A stretch of 64,000 bases of DNA from contig JBHLQH010000010.1 of the NCBI GenBank assembly GCA_048884965.1, positions 51,956 to 115,955 on the forward strand, in the 5' to 3' direction. The notes under the pieces are model-generated. The model did not search any database. It was not told the DNA's origin and saw nothing but the letters and a program-made list of their open reading frames with translations. This DNA comes from Candidatus Thorarchaeota archaeon. Its GTDB lineage: Archaea > Asgardarchaeota > Thorarchaeia > Thorarchaeales > Thorarchaeaceae. Made by a program: the position numbers and the translations under genes. Shown here piece by piece: positions 49,150 through 58,647 of the stretch (position 1 is the first letter of the stretch; every line of letters begins with the position of its first letter).

Positions 49150-49625
49150 TAAATAATCTGCTCCATTCTACTAATCTGAAGGAGAGTGAGACCATATAGA
49201 GCTTCTTTCAGGATTTTTCAAAAAATCCCAGCCGATAAGAAGATTATATCGATAAGATCAGAAACGACAACGATATATCGGGGGGCACAGGCTGGGTGGA
49301 CATTTCCTGTGCCCCTCTTTTTCGCGATATCAAAATGGGAGGAGAGATTATTCATTCTGCTAGGTAGAGAGAGTTGCGCCGGCTTAGAAATCGTAGGGAT
49401 TGAGGGGAGATTCGTTGGTAGTGTATCATCCAGGGGAGGACGACATTGAGGATGTTGATGATGTTATTGCCGACGCATGAATATGATATAGCTAAAGCTA
49501 TTAATATATATTACGAGTGTATTACCCTACACTGCTATCGATAAATCGACGAGTCCCAACGTGAGTGTTCAGGTCAGATGCTTCAAAAGTTGACCTTAAT
49601 AAAGTGAAATACATCCGATTGGAGT

Positions 49626-51791
49626 ATGAGATTTGCAGCCGCGTTCATTGTCTTTCTTTTGATAGCAACTTCAGTTGGTACAGCTGGAGTCCCAAGTGAC
49701 ACTATCATTGTTGAGAATTCTCCCGTCCTTGCACAGGCAGATACAGTAACCAGAAATTGGACAATCCAATTCGTTCTTATCAATTATGACTCTGAAGTAA
49801 TAGATGAGGAAGGACTGATAGAAGGATTTCCTGATCAGCGGATTCATGATGCCGATCCAATCACCATCAACTACAACCTAGAGTACAAGTTGGAGTTTGC
49901 CTCAGAAAGCTATGAAGATGAAGTTCGTCAATTTATCCTAGACAATTCAGTCAATGGTACAGACACGGGCACCATTCTTGATGAGACAGCACTTGAATAT
50001 CAAAAGGGCAATATCAATGACCCTCAGCGAATCTTCTATCCAAGGGATGGTAGGTCCATTGATGGGCAAGCTTTGGAGGATTGGTTCTCTGAGAATCCAT
50101 ATGTCGAACCACCTGGATTGGGGTATATGTTCTATCTACTCAACTTCTCGGAGTTTGATTCTCCAGATCATGAATTGGAACACTGGTTCGACTATTCTCC
50201 TATTGACCCAGACACAGGGGAGTCACAGGATTGGTTCCGCTTGGAGTGGGATAATGCTTTGAATCCTGATGTAATGTTGCAATACTCTGGTTTCGGAGGA
50301 AAGAATAATATCTACATATTAGATCCGTCAGCGGACCAATGGTATCTACGCTGGGCTCGGATTTGGTGGGAAACTCAGATTGACTATGAGTATATGTCAA
50401 TCGACATGGATGAGAAGGTGATGAGCTTGGATCTTTCCCTCCAGTCGGACATCGATGAATTGACCTCATATCTCTTCGAGTACATGTACGATCCAGTCAC
50501 CAAACTGATGTTCCCCAGGTCACCAATGAGTCAACAGAATGATGTCACAGCTTTTGTTGAAACTGGATATCTGAAATGCATAGTAATATGTATGGATGTC
50601 CAAACAGGAGTGTCAATTGATAGTCTACAATGGGTCACCAATGCAGAAGTACAGAAGCTACATCTTGAGGAGCTTTTCCCCTTCATTGAGTGGGAAGTTG
50701 ATGTCGAATTTATTGATATCAGCCTTAGTGAGTCTTGGAACGATCTCTTTTGGGACTATGCAGACGTAATAGATGGGAAGACCATCGTTGACGGATATGG
50801 CATGTTTGACGCCATCAGGAATCAAGTACGTCCTCAATATGTGGACATCAATGACGAGAATATCAATGTCTTTGGTGTCGTCTTCATCAAGAAGAATATG
50901 GAGATGCATGTTTACGGCCGTCAATACACCGGATTAGGAGGCGGTGGACAGACAGTTATATGGAAGAGCTGGGAGCGATACTACCGTCCGGATGAGGTTA
51001 CTCCCAAAGCAGGTATTTCTGCAATTCAGCTTCACGAAACAATGCATGCGATTGGCTTAGGCCATACATGGAGTGTGGATCATTACGTTGGAGATTTCTC
51101 TTTCAATGCTATGGGCTATTATGGAACATTCAACGGGACAGGTAGATTCGAGCAGAACTGGGTACAATCTACGTATCTTGACCAGCTAGAGGGAAGTCTG
51201 GTTGTTGACTTCGAGGAGAATCGTCCAAGTACGGAGGACCCGGCTAACGAACGTACGATTCTAGCTGAGCAGATGGTTCTTGATTCGTTGGCTCTCGCAA
51301 GAGAATACTACAACACGATGGACTGGCTTGCATGTTATAATGAGCTGATTAACATGGACCATTGGATCTCTACCATGATATGGACGATGAGTGATGATGA
51401 GGCACCGGAGATAGTCAGATGGGGAGTCAATGGAAATCCCATGGCAGGCAATGCGACTGTGTGGGCGACAATCCTAGATGATCTCTCGGGTGTACAGAAT
51501 GCCAGCGTTCATGTGCGCTTCAGCGATGATTCGGAGTACATCTATCCCTGCAGATATGCTTCAGGAAATTGGACCGCGACGATTTATCAGCTGCCAGTAG
51601 ATATGGCGGTGTGGCTATGGGTTGAAGCTCAGGACAAGGGACTGAACACAGTAAAATCGGATGAGAGAATATTCGGTTCTGATTATCTTCCCTACAATCC
51701 ACTTCAGGATTCAATCGTCATCTCTGCAATCATTATTGGATCAGTTGCCATAATTGCGATATTGATCATAAAAAGGCGAAGGGTAGCTTGA
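49626..51791 (+). CDS. Secreted, membrane-anchored metzincin-type zinc metalloprotease
   Basis: Signal peptide; HETMHAIGLGH (HExxHxxGxxH) with Met-turn-like NAMGY; Ig-like domain (DDLSGVQNA); C-terminal TM and KRRR. Confidence 0.82.
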   Translation: MRFAAAFIVFLLIATSVGTAGVPSDTIIVENSPVLAQADTVTRNWTIQFVLINYDSEVIDEEGLIEGFPDQRIHDADPITINYNLEYKLEFASESYEDEVRQFILDNSVNGTDTGTILDETALEYQKGNINDPQRIFYPRDGRSIDGQALEDWFSENPYVEPPGLGYMFYLLNFSEFDSPDHELEHWFDYSPIDPDTGESQDWFRLEWDNALNPDVMLQYSGFGGKNNIYILDPSADQWYLRWARIWWETQIDYEYMSIDMDEKVMSLDLSLQSDIDELTSYLFEYMYDPVTKLMFPRSPMSQQNDVTAFVETGYLKCIVICMDVQTGVSIDSLQWVTNAEVQKLHLEELFPFIEWEVDVEFIDISLSESWNDLFWDYADVIDGKTIVDGYGMFDAIRNQVRPQYVDINDENINVFGVVFIKKNMEMHVYGRQYTGLGGGGQTVIWKSWERYYRPDEVTPKAGISAIQLHETMHAIGLGHTWSVDHYVGDFSFNAMGYYGTFNGTGRFEQNWVQSTYLDQLEGSLVVDFEENRPSTEDPANERTILAEQMVLDSLALAREYYNTMDWLACYNELINMDHWISTMIWTMSDDEAPEIVRWGVNGNPMAGNATVWATILDDLSGVQNASVHVRFSDDSEYIYPCRYASGNWTATIYQLPVDMAVWLWVEAQDKGLNTVKSDERIFGSDYLPYNPLQDSIVISAIIIGSVAIIAILIIKRRRVA

Positions 51792-52087
51792 GATATATAC
51801 CTCAAGCTAATCCCTTTTCTCCCTCGAGGATGATTCATTGGGAACCTCAGGGATGATTTCAGGAAAGTCGTCTTCTTCATACCCAGCTTTTTCATGAGAA
51901 CGAAGAATGTGTTTATTGGGTCTATGTTGTCTCGTCTGCGTTTCCCTCCACGCGGGATAACGTCAGCCCCAAAAGATCCCTTCTTGAAGATTTGGGTGTT
52001 GTACCTCCAAGGACCAGGCCGCGCAGCTGGTTGGACAGGAATCTTTGAAGCTGACACAAATATGTGATTATCAGTGCTTATAGCCAC
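51704..52087 (-). CDS. Possible small basic hypothetical protein (doubtful frame)
   Basis: Fills a gap of about 300 nt, but the ORF runs through the hairpin and 88 nt into the convergent protease gene. Confidence 0.25.
   Translation of the reverse strand: MAISTDNHIFVSASKIPVQPAARPGPWRYNTQIFKKGSFGADVIPRGGKRRRDNIDPINTFFVLMKKLGMKKTTFLKSSLRFPMNHPRGRKGISLRYISQATLRLFMINIAIMATDPIMIAEMTIES
51784..51809. terminator. Perfect 9-bp hairpin overlapping the protease stop codon
   Basis: TAGCTTGAG-ATATATAC-CTCAAGCTA followed by CCCTTTTCT. Confidence 0.6.
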
Positions 52088-52123
52088 CTACAGAGTTCAT
52101 ACTTACACAACCAATAGGTATTA

Positions 52124-53278
52124 GTGAGAAAAAATCAATCACATATTGTGAATAGCTCGGCATCTGAAATATCACCTAGAAGAACAATAATACAGAAAGT
52201 GCTAGTTCTAGGTGAGAATCCTGCTCTAATGGCAGGATTTGTGAATCGGGCATCCGGATCCAATATCGCATATCATCTCTATTCATCGTTGGGAGTGGGG
52301 ATTGGAGTTACTCGAACATTCGTCAATACAGATATCGAGATCATCCTCCAATTGTGGTTGATTCCAAGAGAGGAAAAAGTACCAGGCATCAATCAGAACT
52401 TCCGAAGGGGATATACTGGTGCCATCATTGTAATTCGAGGGTCAGAAATAGACAGCATGAGAAATCATTTGAATTCCTTGAATGAAAGCGCTAGGGCTAC
52501 CAGCATAATAGCGGTTGTTGGAACAAATGAAGAAGCCATTCAAGCAAGGGAGATACTCTCAGAAGAGTATGGCATCGAGAGTTCACTACTCCTTGATACA
52601 TTCATCGGCCAAGCGATCGGTGAGCTGGGAGAAGCTTTACTTTACAAGTATAATAACGAAGAAACGATACCCCTGATAATACGGCTCGATGAAACCCAGT
52701 GTCCGGAATACCATTATGTTCCAGGTCAAGCATATCTTCCCGAATGTACACCCGAAGATATTGAGTATATCAAACACATGGCGGAAAGGATAGGTACTAC
52801 TATTCACGATTCAACTACTCGAATCGAATTGGATTTTGGTTCTTTTGAAGTGAATCTAAAAAATGGAGGAATCCTATACTCACCTGTTATGTGTAAGCAT
52901 TGCCTGAGAGAATGTAAAAGAGAGTCAAGAATTTGCATAATAGGTGTAGACAGAGGATGGGCATCCGATGAAATTGGTGATAGAGCGCTCCTCATAATCG
53001 CAAAGATATGGGCCATTGCCTCAAGTGAATTACCTCAGCATGTGCAAAAACAGATTCGATTCGCATCGCAATGTAGAGAGTATGTACCTCAATATGATGA
53101 TATGTCACAATTCGACTCCATCTCAATTGTTGGACATCGAAGGAGCTCAAAGAAGAAACCGTTACTAGAAGAGGCAGGTGAGCGGGTCGTAAGCAAGAGA
53201 ATGTCATCCTCCGCGTTCGAAGTACTAAAGAGTAAATTGCAGTACATCCGAAGTAGTGACAAACAGGATGGAACTTAG
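52124..53278 (+). CDS. Degenerate Rab/Ras-like small-GTPase-fold protein with C-terminal Cys cluster
   Basis: KVLVLGE..., SSLGVGIG, IILQLW...NFRRGYTGAIIV and IIAVVG follow the Rab strand order, but GKS/T, DxxG and NKxD are absent. CKHCLRECKRESRIC lies downstream. Confidence 0.6.
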   Translation: MRKNQSHIVNSSASEISPRRTIIQKVLVLGENPALMAGFVNRASGSNIAYHLYSSLGVGIGVTRTFVNTDIEIILQLWLIPREEKVPGINQNFRRGYTGAIIVIRGSEIDSMRNHLNSLNESARATSIIAVVGTNEEAIQAREILSEEYGIESSLLLDTFIGQAIGELGEALLYKYNNEETIPLIIRLDETQCPEYHYVPGQAYLPECTPEDIEYIKHMAERIGTTIHDSTTRIELDFGSFEVNLKNGGILYSPVMCKHCLRECKRESRICIIGVDRGWASDEIGDRALLIIAKIWAIASSELPQHVQKQIRFASQCREYVPQYDDMSQFDSISIVGHRRSSKKKPLLEEAGERVVSKRMSSSAFEVLKSKLQYIRSSDKQDGT

Positions 53279-53281
53279 TCT

Positions 53282-53785
53282 ATGCAATATAGGATGATTT
53301 CTGTTATTGGCGGATCAGAATGTGATGACAACTCCCTTTCAATTGCTGAGGAACTTGGAGAGGAAATTGCGAAGAAGGGAGTTGCATTAGTTTGTGGTGG
53401 ATTGGGGGGAATTATGCAAGCTGTATGCAAAGGCGCAAAGAAGCAGAACGGATTGACCATAGGCCTGATTCCCTCTCTAGATAAAGAACATGCAAACAAG
53501 TATGTAGACATATCGATCCCTACAGGTCTTGGATACGCTCGGAATTTTCTCGTTGCACAAACTGGTGATGCAGTAATAGCTATATCGGGTTCTGCAGGGA
53601 CATTAAGCGAGATGGCAATCGCATGGTTCTCCGACAAGCCGCTCATCGCTCTATCTACATCAGGAGGCTGGGCATCGAAACTTGCTGGTCAAAGAATAGA
53701 TGAAAGAAGATCTGACGAGGTCTTTGCTGCAAAGACTCCCAAAGAAGCGGTGGAGATAGCTTTTCGTGAACTCGGGTGGGACTGA
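53282..53785 (+). CDS. LOG-family protein (TIGR00725-like)
   Basis: LVCGGLGGIMQAVCKGA, TGLGYARN and GSAGTLSE motifs. Confidence 0.9.
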   Translation: MQYRMISVIGGSECDDNSLSIAEELGEEIAKKGVALVCGGLGGIMQAVCKGAKKQNGLTIGLIPSLDKEHANKYVDISIPTGLGYARNFLVAQTGDAVIAISGSAGTLSEMAIAWFSDKPLIALSTSGGWASKLAGQRIDERRSDEVFAAKTPKEAVEIAFRELGWD

Positions 53786-54628
53786 ATGAATCTGGTAAAG
53801 GAAATCATAGATGGTCGCACTGACATGACATCGGAAGAGATAGGAATTCTTACAGAGATGATTAAAGACCTTTATTACAAGGAACAAAATGTCGTTTCTA
53901 TTCCAGGAGAGAGAGTGATATTTGTTGGAGATCTCCACGGAGATTTGGGAGCTGCAAAAACAGTCTATGAAGTTTTCCGACGACATAAAGAACATTCACT
54001 CGTGTTCCTTGGTGACTACGCTGATAGAGGGCCCTATCAAGTAGAAACCGTGAACTACGTTTTTGCCATGGCGCTACTTCACTCAAACAAGGTGACGATT
54101 CTTAGAGGAAACCACGAATCAGAGAGAGTTGCAAATGCTTATGGTTTCTACTTGGATGCTACTCGAAAGCATTCAGCAGGAGTGTTCAGGAGATATCTAG
54201 AGGCTTTTGAAGCATTACCTATAGCAGGTAAAAGTGAGAATGGTGTGTTTGCATGTCATGGCGGAGTTCCAGAGAATGTCACGACAATCGAGGATATTCA
54301 GCATGCAAAAAGACACACAACAGAATTTGAGAATCAGATTATCATGCAGCTTGTCTGGAATGATCCAATTGAGGCTGACGTTACCTTTAGAGATAACATG
54401 CGTGGTACGAATATCCGTTCGTTTGGAAGAAAAGCCTTTGATACCTTTGCAAGAAACCTTGGTGTATCTCTGATGGTGAGAGCTCATGAGGTCTTTCCAG
54501 AGGGATACAAGACCTTCTTTGATGGAAAGCTTGTAAGTATCTTCAGTACATCATACAACGATAGAGTGAATCCCAAGGTATTACTCCTCAGAAAGAACTT
54601 CGAGTATGAACTGATTCCACTTCACTGA
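53786..54628 (+). CDS. PPP-family serine/threonine protein phosphatase
   Basis: GDLHG, GDYADRG, LRGNHE, HGG, WNDP, RAHE and SIFS motifs. Confidence 0.93.
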   Translation: MNLVKEIIDGRTDMTSEEIGILTEMIKDLYYKEQNVVSIPGERVIFVGDLHGDLGAAKTVYEVFRRHKEHSLVFLGDYADRGPYQVETVNYVFAMALLHSNKVTILRGNHESERVANAYGFYLDATRKHSAGVFRRYLEAFEALPIAGKSENGVFACHGGVPENVTTIEDIQHAKRHTTEFENQIIMQLVWNDPIEADVTFRDNMRGTNIRSFGRKAFDTFARNLGVSLMVRAHEVFPEGYKTFFDGKLVSIFSTSYNDRVNPKVLLLRKNFEYELIPLH

Positions 54629-54709
54629 AACTAGATTCTGCATGTATCTCATGGATTTATTAGATTCCTAAGGGATGAACAATTCATCTACTTTGACGAG
54701 GGAAGATAA

Positions 54710-56098
54710 ATGAGAGACAAGCTTCGAGCCCTACTTGAGAAGGCACCAGATGGAGTTCATCTTGAAATACGATACCACCAACGAAAAAGCTCACAAGTCA
54801 GGGTTGACAAAGGCGAGATACATACCGCGAGTTCTGATGATTATGGAGGAGTTGGGATACGAGCTCTCGTCGATGGCGCGTGGGGATATGCGAGCACAAG
54901 TAATCTTGCTAAAGAAGTTCTAGAGAAATCTCTCAATGATGCCATCAATGCAGCAAAGCGACTAGCGCCGGGAGTGAAGGAGAAGATCGTTCTTGCTCCC
55001 ATTAAGCCTATCACAGGGGAGTTCTCCAACCTTGGTAAAGATCCGATGGAAAACCATGATTTTGAGGAACGAGTAAAGCTCATCGTACATATAGATAAGA
55101 TGCTCCGTGAAGCAGATAAGAGAATAAAGGGATCAATGGTCCGCTTGGTTGTGCCAGCAAACCATCGAATAATCTTGAATTCAGATGGAACTGACATTGA
55201 AATCAAGGATACACGTCCTGACATCATCATTAGGCCAGTTGCAACTGAAGGAAGTAAAATGGCTGAGTTCTATGAAGGTGTTGGCTTCACCGGAGGATGG
55301 GAGATTTTTGAACGGAAGACGCCGGAGTATATGGTAGAAAGGGCAGTAGAGATAGCGACAAAACTTCTTGATGCACCATTAGCGAAAGGAGGCAAGCACA
55401 GAGTTGTCATGGAACCATCTTTGACGGGTATCATCTGTCACGAAGCTATAGGTCATACTGTTGAAGCTGATATTGCACACTCCGGTAGTGCGGCGAAAGG
55501 GATGATTGGAAAGCAGGTTGCTAGCGAGCATGTCACAATGGTCGATTCAGGTGAGGAAAGAGCTGCTGGAGGCTGGTTGATTGCTGATGATGCAGGAGTT
55601 CCAGCCAAAAGAACGACCATTATTGAAGAAGGAATTCTCAAGTCATATCTTCACAGTAGATCAACTGCGTACATCTATGACGTAGAGCCAACAGGAAACG
55701 AGAGAGCATTCGAATATGATGTTGAACCAATCATCAGGATGCGGAACACCTACCTTACTCCAGGCGAGTTCTCTCGAAACGAGCTTATTGAGGATATTAA
55801 AGAAGGATATCTCCTAAGCTCAGCAGGAGGTGGGCAAGCGGATAGCACTGCTGAGTTCATGTTCTCAGTTCCAGAAGCATATGAGATAAAGAATGGTGAA
55901 GTACAAGGGCTTGTAAGAAATGTGACAATAAGCGGAAATGCGTATGAAGTCCTCTCCTCAGTAGATGGTGTATCAAAGGAATGGAAACTGGATATGGGAT
56001 GGGGATATTGTGGCAAAGGTCAGCCTGCAAGAGTAGATGGTGGAGGTGGCTTGACCAGAGCTACTGCATTAGTTTCTGGTGAAGTAGGAGGTGCTTAG
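54710..56098 (+). CDS. tldD: TldD metalloprotease subunit
   Basis: GVGIRAL..GAWGYAS, HEAIGHTVEAD, RMRNTY and CGKGQP motifs. Confidence 0.93.
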   Translation: MRDKLRALLEKAPDGVHLEIRYHQRKSSQVRVDKGEIHTASSDDYGGVGIRALVDGAWGYASTSNLAKEVLEKSLNDAINAAKRLAPGVKEKIVLAPIKPITGEFSNLGKDPMENHDFEERVKLIVHIDKMLREADKRIKGSMVRLVVPANHRIILNSDGTDIEIKDTRPDIIIRPVATEGSKMAEFYEGVGFTGGWEIFERKTPEYMVERAVEIATKLLDAPLAKGGKHRVVMEPSLTGIICHEAIGHTVEADIAHSGSAAKGMIGKQVASEHVTMVDSGEERAAGGWLIADDAGVPAKRTTIIEEGILKSYLHSRSTAYIYDVEPTGNERAFEYDVEPIIRMRNTYLTPGEFSRNELIEDIKEGYLLSSAGGGQADSTAEFMFSVPEAYEIKNGEVQGLVRNVTISGNAYEVLSSVDGVSKEWKLDMGWGYCGKGQPARVDGGGGLTRATALVSGEVGGA

Positions 56099-57454
56099 AT
56101 GACTGAAAAAATCCTATCAGGTCTAGAGCCAATCATTGCATTAGCAGAAAAAGAAGGAGCTTCTGATGTCGAACTGTTTGGACTCATTCGTCAAGAGAAA
56201 GAAGTTAGCATTGAATCAAATTCCCTTAAGACCTCGATAAGTGGAACACAAGAAGGTGTGGGGATTCGTGTTCTCTTGAATAAAGCAGTTGGCTTCTGTG
56301 CGGTCAATTCTCTGGAGAGGACAAGAGTCATCGAAGGAGTCCGAGATGCAATCTCTATCGCGAAAGTAACTCCTCCACAGGACTACTATGAATTCCCAAC
56401 CAGTAGCAAAATTCCTAGGATCAATGGTCTCTATGATGATGAAATTGCATCACTCGATGTAGCAGATGTGACCAACTATGCGAATGACTTACTTGAAAGT
56501 GTTCAACAGGCAGACGAACGACTGACATTCAATAGTGGTTCGTTCAAATCCAGAGTGGATCATCGAGCAATTATCACATCACAGGGAATCGAAGCTTCTG
56601 AAAGAAAAACGGGAGTAGACTGGAATGTGTTTGGATGGGCAATTGATGGTGAAGACATTGGCTCCTTTGACTACGAATCTGATGCAGTCGCATCACTTCG
56701 GGAATTAGATATAGCTCAAGGAGCTAAGTATTTTGCGGAGAAAGCATTGGCTAATTTAGGCGCAGCAAAGACCGAGGCGTTCAAAGGACCTGCCATTTTC
56801 ACGCCGGATGCAATAGCAGACCTTCTTAGTATCGTCATTATTGCAGCCACAGGTACATCGATTCAAGCAGGTAATAGCTACCTGCAAGACAAACTAGGTG
56901 AAAAGATAGCAATAGAGGAGTTCAATCTAATAGATGACGGTTCATTACCGCATCATATCTTTAGTCGCTCTTTTGATCGAGAGGGAATTCCCCCATCACC
57001 AGTACGAATAATTGAATCGGGCGTTTTCAAGTCAGTGCTTCATAATGCCTTTACAGCTAACAAAGCTGGTCTATCTTCTAGCGGTCATGCATCAGGAGGT
57101 TTCAGGACCTCACCCTCAATCTCTGGTACTAACTTGGAAGTTCAGGCTGGAAATAAAACACTTGAGAATCTCATAAGTGAGATTGACCGCGGAGTCTATA
57201 TTCAGCGTATAAGTGCAGCTCCTGATTATACTACAGGTGATTTCTCAGGTGTAGTCAAGGGAGGCCGGTTGATTGAAAACGGAGAGATTACAACGACCCT
57301 AAAAGAAATGACTGCGGTAGGTAATACATTTGAGGCACTAAAGAACATCTCAGGAATGACCAAGGAAAGAAAGAATCTTAGGACCCTGCAAGCTCCATTG
57401 GGAGTCTGGCTACTACCATTCATAAGAATCGAGAATCTTGACTTTGCCACCTAG
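56099..57454 (+). CDS. pmbA: PmbA/TldE subunit
   Basis: GVGIRV, FDREGIP, SSGHA and TGDFSG motifs; lacks HExxH; directly follows tldD. Confidence 0.9.
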   Translation: MTEKILSGLEPIIALAEKEGASDVELFGLIRQEKEVSIESNSLKTSISGTQEGVGIRVLLNKAVGFCAVNSLERTRVIEGVRDAISIAKVTPPQDYYEFPTSSKIPRINGLYDDEIASLDVADVTNYANDLLESVQQADERLTFNSGSFKSRVDHRAIITSQGIEASERKTGVDWNVFGWAIDGEDIGSFDYESDAVASLRELDIAQGAKYFAEKALANLGAAKTEAFKGPAIFTPDAIADLLSIVIIAATGTSIQAGNSYLQDKLGEKIAIEEFNLIDDGSLPHHIFSRSFDREGIPPSPVRIIESGVFKSVLHNAFTANKAGLSSSGHASGGFRTSPSISGTNLEVQAGNKTLENLISEIDRGVYIQRISAAPDYTTGDFSGVVKGGRLIENGEITTTLKEMTAVGNTFEALKNISGMTKERKNLRTLQAPLGVWLLPFIRIENLDFAT

Positions 57455-57545
57455 TACAAAATATCTCATTGGACTAAATTCATAAGGTCGGCATGGTTGG
57501 AATCGAAAGAATCATAGAAGGTTATGTTTGCTTCTATTAGACGAG

Positions 57546-58637
57546 ATGAATCCCATGGTCAAAGTTGCAGTCGTAAAGACCACACCAAAGACAATCTATG
57601 AAGACATCGCCCGACTTCTAGATGCGGCGGAATATCAGAAGCATGTTTCAAAAGACGTCGCTACAACAATCAAACTCAATCTGTCTTGGAGCAAGTTCTA
57701 TCCAGCATGTTCAACAAATCCCTATGTCTTCGATGGACTTCTCCGCAAGATGATTGCCGATGGCTATAACAATAGACGAATTCAGGCTGTTGAGAATGAA
57801 ACTGTTGTCACCAATATCTTCAGAGGCACTCATGGGAACAACTGGTACCCTGTGATCAAGAAACACAGGATCAAATTCCTACCACTCATCAATGCAACTT
57901 ATGTCGATGTCAAGCTTCCCAGAAAAACGCTAGTTCTTGAGGACACCTTTGGTGAAGTAATCGCACCAAAGGAGATCTTTGGAACAAATATCATTCATCT
58001 TCCCACTTTCAAGACGCATGGCCATACGCAGATGACAGGTGCACTGAAAGACTCCTTTGGACTTTACCTTACAAAGAATCGACATCTTGCACATCTTAAG
58101 ATTCACCAAGTGCTCGTTGACCTTTTACTTCTTCAACAAACGATATCTCATTCAGAATTCGTTCTCACAGATGGAACTGTGATGGGAGATGGAGCAGGAC
58201 CAAGGACAATGATTCCAAAGGTAGGAAATCTTCTCCTTGCTACAAATGATATGGTAGCAGCGGATACTGTGCAAACCCGGATCATGGGACTTGACCAGAA
58301 GCTAGTCCATAAGCTTCAGATAGCCAATGAGTTAGGACTCGGTGAATCCAACTTGGAGAATATTGAGATAGTTGGCGATTTCGAATCCGCGAAGGATCTT
58401 CCTAACTTCCACATGAGCCCTGGCAAGAGTCCAGTTATAACATGGAATCGAGGATTCCTTAAATTCCCGGGCATGGAAACCCTTCTCTTTCGCTCACCAC
58501 TCATGTGGCTTCCGACCCAATTATCTGGACTGTACCATGATGGTTTGTGGCTGCCCCTCAAGGGTAAGAAATGGGTCAACTGGTTCTTGGAGGAAACTGA
58601 ATGGGGAGCCCTCTGGAAAACATACAATAAGAATTAG
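57546..58637 (+). CDS. DUF362-domain protein
   Basis: IKLNLSW..FYPACST, LPTFKTHGHTQMTGALKD, DGTVMGDGAGP and DMVAADTV motifs. ATG 57546 or 57555 is the likely start. Confidence 0.85.
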   Translation: MNPMVKVAVVKTTPKTIYEDIARLLDAAEYQKHVSKDVATTIKLNLSWSKFYPACSTNPYVFDGLLRKMIADGYNNRRIQAVENETVVTNIFRGTHGNNWYPVIKKHRIKFLPLINATYVDVKLPRKTLVLEDTFGEVIAPKEIFGTNIIHLPTFKTHGHTQMTGALKDSFGLYLTKNRHLAHLKIHQVLVDLLLLQQTISHSEFVLTDGTVMGDGAGPRTMIPKVGNLLLATNDMVAADTVQTRIMGLDQKLVHKLQIANELGLGESNLENIEIVGDFESAKDLPNFHMSPGKSPVITWNRGFLKFPGMETLLFRSPLMWLPTQLSGLYHDGLWLPLKGKKWVNWFLEETEWGALWKTYNKN

Positions 58638-58647
58638 GTGAAGTGAG

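Noticed and set aside
49186-49449. 87-aa plus-strand ORF in the intergenic gap
   Set aside because: No recognisable motif, and it crosses a strong hairpin; a non-coding interpretation is preferred.
54710-57454. TldD/PmbA as a marker of a RiPP biosynthetic cluster
   Set aside because: No precursor peptide, YcaO or radical SAM gene is nearby, and tldD/pmbA pairs are common housekeeping genes in archaea.
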